Source of the DNA: Azoarcus sp. KH32C
GTDB lineage: Bacteria > Pseudomonadota > Gammaproteobacteria > Burkholderiales > Rhodocyclaceae
DNA: 64,000 bases
Direction: 5' to 3'
NCBI RefSeq assembly: GCF_000349945.1
Contig: NC_020516.1
Location: 2,870,311-2,934,310 of the forward strand
A model generated the notes under the pieces. That model had not been told where the DNA came from and ran no database searches. It saw nothing but the letters and a program-made list of their open reading frames with translations. Shown here piece after piece: positions 9,383-17,126 of this stretch. Every line of letters starts with the position of its first letter. Within the stretch, counting starts at the first letter, position 1. The position numbers and the translations under genes are program-made.

Positions 9383-10354
9383 ATGCGCAACTACCCGACC
9401 ATTCAGGACATTCGCGAAGCCCAGGAACGGCTGAGGCCCCACATCAAGCACACGCCGCTATTGCGTGGAGAAAAGATGGAGAAGGCCCTCGGCTGCCAGG
9501 TATGGCTCAAGCCCGAAACCCTGCAGATCACGGGCGCCTTCAAGATCCGCGGCGCGCTGAACAAGACCCTTTCGCTTCCAAGGGAAGAGATCGCCAACGG
9601 CATCATCGCCACGTCTTCGGGCAATCATGCCCAGGGGCTCGCTTACGCCGCCAGGATGCTCGGCGTAAAGGCGATATTGGTGCTTCCGGTCACCACGCCG
9701 AAGATCAAGATCGCCAATACCGAAGCCCTCGGGGCGGAAGTCATCCTTTTCGATGGCGATAACGCTGCCAGATGGAAAAGGGTGTATGAAATTGCCGAAG
9801 AAATGAATTACGCCGCGGTTCACGCTTTCGAGGACCCTCTGGTGATGGCGGGTCAGGGAACGATCGGCCTGGAGATATTGGAAGATCTGGAAGATGTGGA
9901 CGCGGTGATCATTCCCATGGGCGGCGGAGGCCTTATTTCAGGAATCGCGACCGCCATCAAGGAAACGAAACCTTCGGTGCGTGTAATAGGCGCTGAGCCG
10001 GCCTTGACGCCGAAGTACTTCCACAGCAGGAAGAACAAGGAACGTACGTCGCTGCCCTTGAAGAACACCATTGCGGATGGCTTGAGACTCAGCGTTCCGG
10101 GTCGGAACCCGTTTCCCATTATCGAAAAGTACGTCGATGAAATTGTTCTCGTTGAAGACGAGCACATCATCGCGGCCATGCGCATGCTGGCCAAGGATGC
10201 GAAGTTGATCGCCGAACCCGCCGCGTCGATCGGCATTGGCGCTCTATTGGCCGGCGCCGTAAAGGTCGAAGCAGATGAAAAAGTCTGCGTGGTATTGAGC
10301 GGCGGGAACTGGGACTTGAGCGACCTTGCCGAGATATACGGAGCTGGAGAGTAA
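9383..10354 (+). CDS. threonine/serine dehydratase-like PLP-dependent enzyme (EutB-like)
   Basis: 323 aa. PLP lysine motif (TGAFKIRGA) and GGGGL glycine-rich loop of the PALP family. Lower-GC segment. Confidence 0.85.
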   Translation: MRNYPTIQDIREAQERLRPHIKHTPLLRGEKMEKALGCQVWLKPETLQITGAFKIRGALNKTLSLPREEIANGIIATSSGNHAQGLAYAARMLGVKAILVLPVTTPKIKIANTEALGAEVILFDGDNAARWKRVYEIAEEMNYAAVHAFEDPLVMAGQGTIGLEILEDLEDVDAVIIPMGGGGLISGIATAIKETKPSVRVIGAEPALTPKYFHSRKNKERTSLPLKNTIADGLRLSVPGRNPFPIIEKYVDEIVLVEDEHIIAAMRMLAKDAKLIAEPAASIGIGALLAGAVKVEADEKVCVVLSGGNWDLSDLAEIYGAGE

Positions 10355-10381
10355 GGAGCGGTCGCGTCTGAGGAGACCGTC

Positions 10382-10792
10382 ATGGATGCCCATCCGATCG
10401 CCTATGGCGTTTCCCACCTGAGCCCGCCTCGCCGCCGGGCACCGGACGGCGAGGAGCGCGCGGCGGCCGGCGCCGTCGCGCGGGCCAAGCAGTTCATCGA
10501 AGACAACTTCCGCGAGCCGATCAGCCTCGACGGCCTTGCCGCCCTCGTCGGCCTCACCCGCTTCAGCCTGGCCAAGCACTTCCGCCAGCGCGTCGGCGTC
10601 TCGCCCTACCGCTACGTGTGCGAGGTTCGGGTGCGTCATGCGCAACGGATGATGGCGCAGGGATTTCGGCTGACCGATGTCGCGAGCGAGGTCGGCTTTT
10701 TCGACCAGAGCCACCTTGCCCGGCATTTCAAGCGTAGCTGCGGGATGACGCCGCGGGAATACATCTCGCGCTGCCTGCACACGCGGGTCTAG
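10382..10792 (+). pseudogene. AraC-family HTH-only ORF, probable N-terminally truncated regulator remnant
   Basis: 136 aa containing only the dual HTH_18 region (...LVGLTRFSLAKHFRQRVGVSPYRYV...FFDQSHLARHFKRSCGMTPREY). It lacks the usual ~150 aa sensor domain. It begins exactly where GC content jumps back to ~68% after the low-GC insert. Confidence 0.5.
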
Positions 10793-10850
10793 TCCGGACG
10801 CGCCCCCCTTGGACTGACCGACGTCCCGGGGGATAAATCGACTCCCTTTC

Positions 10851-10888
10851 CCTCGGGGTGCTCCCTTCGACGCCCCGAGGTTTTTTTT
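10851..10888 (+). terminator. rho-independent terminator
   Basis: Perfect 8-bp stem CCTCGGGG / CCCCGAGG with a 14-nt loop, followed by T8. Confidence 0.65.
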
Positions 10889-11107
10889 GCCTGGATGTCG
10901 TCGCGTACACGAAATGTAGAGTCGATCTGTGGCAGCGCACACGCTCGCCTTCGGGCACGCCTGCTTTGATCGGCCGCTTCGGCCAGCCTGAGCATTTCCT
11001 GCACTTCGGCCTTGAGCTGGGCTTCGATCTTTTCGGCGTGCTCGTAGGAGAGCGCGCTGTGCCGATTGGCGTGGCGCAATGAATCGCCTATTCGAAGGTC
11101 CTCGCGG

Positions 11108-12181
11108 TCAGATGTCGAGCACGAGCTGCCCCGACTTGGCGCGCGAGACGCAGATCATGATCTTGTCACCGGCCTTGCGCTCCTTGGCGCTGAGGAATGC
11201 GTCGCGATGGTCGGGCGTGCCGGCGATGACGCCAGTCAGGCAGGTGCCGCAGACGCCCTCGCGGCACGAGGTGGCGACGTCGATGCCGTGCGCGCACAGC
11301 GCTTCGACGATGCTTCTGCCGGCAGCGACCGGGATCGTGCGCCCGGAGCGTTGCAGCTTGACTTCGAAGGCGTCGCTCGGCGCCGTCTTGGCGGCGGGGT
11401 CGGCGCTGAAGTATTCGAGGTGGATCGCGTCGGGCGGCCAGATGCCGGCCGTGACCTCGCCGATCAGATCCGTGAAGCGGCGCGGGCCGCACATATAGAG
11501 GTGGTGGCCCTGCGGGCATTTCCCGAGCAGCGGCTGCAGCAGCTCGCGCACCCGGTCGGCGGCGGGATGGTGGAAGTTCACTTTGTCGGCGTACGGCTCG
11601 GACGAGAGCACCTCATGGAACGCGGTCTCCGCGATCGAGCGCGTGAAGTAATGCAGCTCGTACGAGGCGCCGCGAGCCTGCAGCTCCTGTGCCATCGCCA
11701 GTAGCGGCGTGATCCCGATGCCGCCGGCGATCAGCACGTAATGGCGGGCTCCGTCGACGAGCTCGAAGTGGTTGCGCGGACCGCTGATGGCGAGCGTGTC
11801 GCCGACGCTCACGCGCTGGTGCATTGCGCGCGAGCCGCCGCGCGAGTCGGGCGCGTTCTTGACCGCGATGCGGTACGTGTCGCGCGCGCCCGGCGCGCCG
11901 CACAGCGAGTACTGGCGCACGGTCTCGTCGTCGATCCGCACGTCGATGTGCGCGCCGGCGCTCCAGGCGGGCAGCGTAGAGCCGTCGGCGCTCACGAGCT
12001 CGAACGACTTGATGTCGGCGGCCTCGTCGACGATGCGCCGCACGCGCACCGTCAGCGCCGCGACGGGAGTCTGCACCGGGCGGCGGCCGCGCAGCGACCT
12101 GCGGACCGCGGTCCAGGCGAGCACGATTAGCATGGGAATCGCGAGCGTGGCAATGAGCTGCAAAAGCAGGGAGGTATTCAT
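11108..12181 (-). CDS. PDR/VanB-family oxidoreductase (flavin reductase fold + NAD-binding + C-terminal 2Fe-2S ferredoxin) with N-terminal TM anchor
   Basis: Start chosen at MNTSLLLQLIATLAIPMLIVLAW with a GGAG RBS 6 nt upstream. FAD/FMN-binding RxYS motif (RQYSL). C-terminal CxxxxCxxC...C plant-type ferredoxin motif (CREGVCGTCLTGV...C). Confidence 0.75.
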   Translation of the reverse strand: MNTSLLLQLIATLAIPMLIVLAWTAVRRSLRGRRPVQTPVAALTVRVRRIVDEAADIKSFELVSADGSTLPAWSAGAHIDVRIDDETVRQYSLCGAPGARDTYRIAVKNAPDSRGGSRAMHQRVSVGDTLAISGPRNHFELVDGARHYVLIAGGIGITPLLAMAQELQARGASYELHYFTRSIAETAFHEVLSSEPYADKVNFHHPAADRVRELLQPLLGKCPQGHHLYMCGPRRFTDLIGEVTAGIWPPDAIHLEYFSADPAAKTAPSDAFEVKLQRSGRTIPVAAGRSIVEALCAHGIDVATSCREGVCGTCLTGVIAGTPDHRDAFLSAKERKAGDKIMICVSRAKSGQLVLDI

Positions 12182-12248
12182 CTCAATCTCCGTGCGCCTG
12201 GTCGCGCAACGGCGCAAAGCGCCGTGCGCGTGACAGCGGGCTAGTGAA

Positions 12249-12989
12249 TTACTCGGGCAGGTGGGGCAGCACGAACGACAGCGTCGCCAGGTGTTCGTCG
12301 TGGTTCGTCTTCGCAGGATTCGCAGGGGGCGTGGCGAGCGTTGCCGTGACGACGTTGAGGCCCTGGTTGCGCACCCTGATCGTCGCGATGCCGTCGGCGC
12401 CGGTTTTCAGCGGTTCGGAATCGGGGTCGGTGACGTAGTCGGGCTGCACGCTGGCGCCCTGCACGGGTTTGCCTTCATACAGCACCCGAACCGTGAGCGC
12501 CTGGCCCATCTTGTCCGGCAGTTCCTTCACGAGCGGCACGATCTGCAGCTTGTGGGCGGGCAGTACGGGCGTTGCCACGTCCAGCCGACGCAGGTGCACC
12601 GTGTACTTGACGGTGTGCTCGCTGATCGTCGCATCGGGCACCTCGTCCTTGCCCTTGTTGTGCCACTTGCCGTCGGGCGTCTTGCACCACGGGCCGTTGT
12701 CCAGGATTGCGGCGACGACGGCCGGCTTGTTGTCGGTGTTCACCACGAGCAGCGGGCCGCTGGGCGCCAACTGCGTCGGCACCTCCTTGCCGTCTTGGTC
12801 GTAAGCCGCGACGGTCTTCACCTTGGGCAGACGCTTCACCGCGTCCAGATCGTCAGCGCCGACTCCGTAGATCAGCGCGAGCTGGTTGGAACGCTGCGCG
12901 AACCAGATGCCATGGGCCTGCGCCACGGTCGTGGTGCCGAAGCCCGCAATCACGCTCGCCACGAGCGCAAGTTTGCCGAAAGTCTTCAT
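12249..12989 (-). CDS. DUF4198 domain-containing periplasmic protein
   Basis: 246 aa with signal peptide MKTFGKLALVASVIAGFGTTTVAQA. Family resembles DUF4198/NikM-like proteins usually found with PepSY and outer-membrane proteins. Confidence 0.6.
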   Translation of the reverse strand: MKTFGKLALVASVIAGFGTTTVAQAHGIWFAQRSNQLALIYGVGADDLDAVKRLPKVKTVAAYDQDGKEVPTQLAPSGPLLVVNTDNKPAVVAAILDNGPWCKTPDGKWHNKGKDEVPDATISEHTVKYTVHLRRLDVATPVLPAHKLQIVPLVKELPDKMGQALTVRVLYEGKPVQGASVQPDYVTDPDSEPLKTGADGIATIRVRNQGLNVVTATLATPPANPAKTNHDEHLATLSFVLPHLPE

Positions 12990-13025
12990 TTTTATCTCCT
13001 ATCCTCTATTGGGGGAACATCACAT

Positions 13026-14111
13026 TTAGAAGTTGTGCCTGATGCCGAAGTCGAATCCGTTGGAGGACTTGCCCGGAGCCGTCACGGCGCCGTTCAGGGC
13101 CGAGGCAGACGCGCCTTCATTGGTCACGTGAGCGGCGGCCGTATACAGGGCAGTGCGCTTCGACAACGGATAGACATAACCAAGCGCCCACTTCTTGGCC
13201 GCCGGGCTGCCTGCCGCATCAGTGCCGTAACGCGAGTACGCAACGCGGATGGCTCCGACGCCGGCGGGGATCCGCGCGCCCACCAGCCAGCCCCTGGCGT
13301 TGACCGGACCCTTCTCGTCCCATTCGTACATGCCCATGACCTGGACCACACCGAAGTCATAACTCGCGCCTGCGTTGTTCTGCCGGACGTTGCCCACTGC
13401 GTAGAAGGTCCTGCCGACTGCGCCCGACATCGTCAAATTGCCGGTCGAGTAGATGGCGCGGAGGCCATAGCCGTTGCCGTCCTTGGAGGTTTCGGTACCA
13501 CTGGGGTTTTCGCCCATGTAGTACATGGCGTGGAACTGGAAGCCGGAGCCGCTGAATCCGCCGGGTCCGTATCCGACCGCGGCGGCGTTGAAGCCATGGC
13601 CGTAGAGGTACGAGATGCTGTTGGAGGCGCGGACCAGGGTCGGGCCGGTGATCGCGGAATTCAACACCTGGCTGCCTCCGCTGCCGCTGAGGTCGAATGG
13701 ATCGAAGTCGGCCATGTTCAAGTACTGCGGCACGAAGTCGCGGCCGAGGCGAATCTCACCCCAGTCGCCTCCCACGCTGATGTGCGAACGGCGGTTGAAC
13801 GTGAAGCCCCCACCGCCCACAACACCGGTGGGCTGGTTGTTGGTGTTGGTGGATTGGCCAGTGCCGGTGTCGGCGTTGAAGCCGCTTTCAAGCCAGAATC
13901 CGGCCTTGAGGCCGCTGCCAATATCCTCTGTGCCTTTGAAGGCGATCCTGGAAGCGGCAAGGTAGCCGTTGGCCAGTTGGCTCTCGTTCGAAATGCTGCC
14001 AGTACCACGTGCGACGGCGAGGTCTACGGCACCGAACACGGAGACGTTGGATTGAGCGAAAGCGGTGCCGGCGAGCGAGGCCGCGAGGACCGCGGGTACG
14101 AGTGTTTTCAT
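13026..14111 (-). CDS. outer-membrane porin (Gram-negative porin, betaproteobacterial OmpC-like)
   Basis: Internal start MKTLVPAVLAASLAGTAFAQS (signal peptide). Gly/Asn-rich beta-strand pattern and C-terminal ...GIRHNF with terminal Phe. Confidence 0.85.
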   Translation of the reverse strand: MKTLVPAVLAASLAGTAFAQSNVSVFGAVDLAVARGTGSISNESQLANGYLAASRIAFKGTEDIGSGLKAGFWLESGFNADTGTGQSTNTNNQPTGVVGGGGFTFNRRSHISVGGDWGEIRLGRDFVPQYLNMADFDPFDLSGSGGSQVLNSAITGPTLVRASNSISYLYGHGFNAAAVGYGPGGFSGSGFQFHAMYYMGENPSGTETSKDGNGYGLRAIYSTGNLTMSGAVGRTFYAVGNVRQNNAGASYDFGVVQVMGMYEWDEKGPVNARGWLVGARIPAGVGAIRVAYSRYGTDAAGSPAAKKWALGYVYPLSKRTALYTAAAHVTNEGASASALNGAVTAPGKSSNGFDFGIRHNF

Positions 14112-15202
14112 TGCGCTTGAATTCCCTTGCATTCGACGTGTTTCCGAGAGGCAGTCTGCGTTTTCGCTTTCATCCGGAAGCGTTGCACCGCACCCGTCAA
14201 GGCCAGCCCGGCGAGCGCCAGCGCGAACAGGGTCCACAACACGCGCGCCACGAGCGCGCCCGCCAGGCCCGGGGTGCCGGGCAGCGTGCCAAGGTGCAGC
14301 GGGTAGACGACGTTGAGATAGCGCACGCTCAGCGGCTGCTCGGCGGCGCGCACGACGCGTAGCACCGAGGCGTCGGATGCGCTCACGAACACGTTGTTGA
14401 GACCGATGGGATGCCACTCGTCGCCGCGCATCCGGATGCGCACCTGACCGTTGCGGGGCGGGTAGATGCGAATGGGGCGCGCCTGCGGCAGCGCTGACAC
14501 AGCGGCGACGAGGGCCTGGCCCAGGGTTGCCGTCTGCGGCCCGCTCGCAGCTGGTGCCGCCACGCCGGGTGCAGCGGCCGTCTGACCCGGCCAGGCCGAC
14601 ATCGCTGCACTCGCCCATTCCGGTGAGCGCAGCACGAAGCCGGTCACCAGCATCATCGCCACCGGCAACACGAAGACCGGGCCGATCACGCGATGCACGC
14701 GCCGCCACGGCGTGGCCGGCGGCAGGTGACGCATGCGCAACCAGACCCGCAGCCCCATCGCAACCAGCACCAAGGCGATCAGCGCGATCGCACGCAGCAC
14801 CCAGGGGCCGACGTCAGCAAGCAGCAAGCGTTCGTGCAGGCCGTACAGCAGCGTTCTCGCCTGGCTGCTGTCCGGCCGCAATTCGCCTGCCGTGCCATGC
14901 ACGACATCGATGTCGGCCCAGCCACTTTCGTTGGAACTCGAGGCGAGCAGGCGCACGCTCACAGGCGCCTGCGCGTCAGGCGGCAAGTTCACGTACTCGA
15001 TTTTCGCCGCCGGATATTGGCGCGCCAGTGCGGCCAGGCCCTGGTCCACTGCCGAGGCCCAAGCCTGCACCGCAGGGGGACTCTCCTGCTGCGCCGGCAG
15101 CGGCTGCATCCACAACAGGACCGCGCCACCCAGGGCCTGAATCGCGAGCAGCGGAGCGAGGATCCAACCGAGGCGGCCATGCCATTGGTAAGAGAACTTC
15201 AT
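14108..15202 (-). CDS. PepSY-associated TM helix domain protein
   Basis: 364 aa. N-terminal MKFSYQWHGRLGWILAPLLAIQALGG motif typical of the PepSY_TM family. 4-nt overlap with the porin start. Confidence 0.8.
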   Translation of the reverse strand: MKFSYQWHGRLGWILAPLLAIQALGGAVLLWMQPLPAQQESPPAVQAWASAVDQGLAALARQYPAAKIEYVNLPPDAQAPVSVRLLASSSNESGWADIDVVHGTAGELRPDSSQARTLLYGLHERLLLADVGPWVLRAIALIALVLVAMGLRVWLRMRHLPPATPWRRVHRVIGPVFVLPVAMMLVTGFVLRSPEWASAAMSAWPGQTAAAPGVAAPAASGPQTATLGQALVAAVSALPQARPIRIYPPRNGQVRIRMRGDEWHPIGLNNVFVSASDASVLRVVRAAEQPLSVRYLNVVYPLHLGTLPGTPGLAGALVARVLWTLFALALAGLALTGAVQRFRMKAKTQTASRKHVECKGIQAQ

Positions 15203-15344
15203 ACGACCTCCTGTTCATGGCTGACGGGGTTGCTCGGACGGTTACGAACTTTTCTTATGTAGTGCATCTATGTCTCCTCTTACCCGATGGAGGGGTGTGG
15301 TTATGACGCCGCGCCGGTCCCCACCGCCCGACACGGTGCGGGAA

Positions 15345-16835
15345 TCACCGCTTCAGGTTGCCCTGGCAGACGTATTTCGTATGCATGTACTCGTCGAGGC
15401 CGTAACGGGAGCCCTCCCGCCCGTAGCCGGAATCCTTGACCCCGCCGAAGGGCGCAGCCTCGGACGCGAACGCGCCCTCGTTGACCGCGACGATGCCGGA
15501 CTCCAGTGCGGCGGCGACGCGCCACACCCGATCGATGTCATTGGAGTAGAAGTACGAGGCGAGGCCGTAGGGGGTGGCGTTGGCGATCTCGATCACCTCC
15601 GCTTCGCTACCGAAGCGGAACACCGGCACCACGGGGCCGAAGGTCTCCTCATGCGCGAGCGCCATCTCGGTGGTCGCCCCCGTGATGAGCGCCGGCGAGA
15701 CGAAGTTCGGTCCGAGCTGCCCGAGCCCGCGGGTGCTTCCGAATACGAGCCGGCCCCCCTTGTCGAGGGCGTCCTCGATGTGGCGCAGGATCTTGTCGAC
15801 GGCGCGTGCGTTGATCATCGGACCGATGAGCGCGTCGGGACGGGTGGCGGGGCCCACCGTGAGCTTGGCCATGCGTTCGGCGAGCTTGGCGACGAATGCG
15901 TCGTGCACCGCCCCGTGCACGAACACCCGGTTCGGACTGACGCACGTCTGCCCGCCGTTGCGGAACTTGGCGGTCATCAGTCCGGCCACGGCGGCGTCGA
16001 GGTCGGCGTCCTCGAACACGATGAACGGCGCATTGCCGCCGAGCTCGAGCGAGAGTTTCTTCAGGGTATCGGCCGATTCGCGCGCGAGATGCTTTCCAAC
16101 GGGCGTCGAGCCGGTGAAGGTGATCTTGCGCACGCGTGGATCCTTGAGCCATTGGCCCACGACCGCGGGCGTGGTCTCGCGCGATGCGGTGACGATATTG
16201 AGGGTCCCCGCCGGCAGCCCCGCCTCCTGGGCGAGCCGCAGCAGCGCGAGCGAGGTGAGCGGCGTGTCCTCGGCGGGCTTGCACACCACCGTGCAGCCCG
16301 CGGCAAGTGCGGGCGCGATCTTGCGGGCGATCATTGCCGCCGGGAAGTTCCACGGCGTCACTGCCGCCACGACCCCGACCGGCTCCTTGACCACCGTCAT
16401 GCGGCGCCCGTCCACCGGCGCCGGGATCACGTCGCCGTAGGCGCGCACGGCCTCCTCGGCGAACCATTCCACGTAGCTCGCGGCATACAGCACCTCGCCG
16501 CGGGCCTCGGCAAGCGGCTTGCCCTGCTCGCGCGAGATGATGCGGGCGAGATCTTCCTGGTGCTCGACGATCGAGGCATGCCAGCGCTTGATGAGCTGTG
16601 CGCGCTGGCGTGCGGGGGCGTCGCGCCAGGCGGGAAACGCGGCACTGGCGGCGTCCACTGCCGCTTTCGCATCCGCCCCGCTGCTGTCGACCACCGGCAC
16701 GATGACGCTGTCGTCGGCCGGATCGACGACAGCGAAGGTCCTGCCGTCCGCCCCCTCGCACCAATGTCCTCCGATGAAGTTCCGGGACTGGATAAGGTCG
16801 TCACGCGCCGGCGTGAGGGTCAAGGTCGAAGTCAT
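15345..16835 (-). CDS. gabD: NAD(P)-dependent succinate-semialdehyde dehydrogenase (aldehyde dehydrogenase family)
   Basis: ALDH catalytic motifs (ELGGNAP, Cys in GQTCVSPNRV). Start placed at MTSTLTLTP. The upstream in-frame extension begins with GTG and is probably not translated. Confidence 0.8.
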   Translation of the reverse strand: MTSTLTLTPARDDLIQSRNFIGGHWCEGADGRTFAVVDPADDSVIVPVVDSSGADAKAAVDAASAAFPAWRDAPARQRAQLIKRWHASIVEHQEDLARIISREQGKPLAEARGEVLYAASYVEWFAEEAVRAYGDVIPAPVDGRRMTVVKEPVGVVAAVTPWNFPAAMIARKIAPALAAGCTVVCKPAEDTPLTSLALLRLAQEAGLPAGTLNIVTASRETTPAVVGQWLKDPRVRKITFTGSTPVGKHLARESADTLKKLSLELGGNAPFIVFEDADLDAAVAGLMTAKFRNGGQTCVSPNRVFVHGAVHDAFVAKLAERMAKLTVGPATRPDALIGPMINARAVDKILRHIEDALDKGGRLVFGSTRGLGQLGPNFVSPALITGATTEMALAHEETFGPVVPVFRFGSEAEVIEIANATPYGLASYFYSNDIDRVWRVAAALESGIVAVNEGAFASEAAPFGGVKDSGYGREGSRYGLDEYMHTKYVCQGNLKR

Positions 16836-17126
16836 GGCGCATCCTCTGCATTGGGTTGGGCGAGCGGTATTCGTCGCCGCACGAGCGGCCACCTACCGGA
16901 TGCACATAGATTAGGGATGGATGGACGGACGATGGTCGCGTCGGCAAGGGCGCGGACGGCAGCAAATGGCGAATTCGATCGCCTGACGAAACTTTCTGCG
17001 GCAAGGGGCGAAACGCTGCTGCCGGAGCGGTTCCACCCCGCCCGGCGCTCCGCCTCCATGTCTCTCAACCTTTTGCGGAGCAAGGGTCTAATGTAAGAAA
17101 GGCACGAGCTGCCGCATCACGAGGCC

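Noticed and set aside
10789-11079. 96-aa minus-strand ORF with a helical, charged N-terminal region (…HSALSYEHAEKIEAQLKAEVQEMLRLAEAADQ…) that vaguely resembles mobile-element/plasmid protein fragments
   Set aside because: Too short and low-complexity to call. It overlaps the plus-strand terminator and has no start context. It could be a gene remnant at the insertion boundary but cannot be supported from sequence alone.
12261-14120. 619-aa plus-strand ORF
   Set aside because: Antisense to the DUF4198 and porin genes. No domain signature.
15270-17096. 608-aa plus-strand ORF
   Set aside because: Antisense to the aldehyde dehydrogenase gene.
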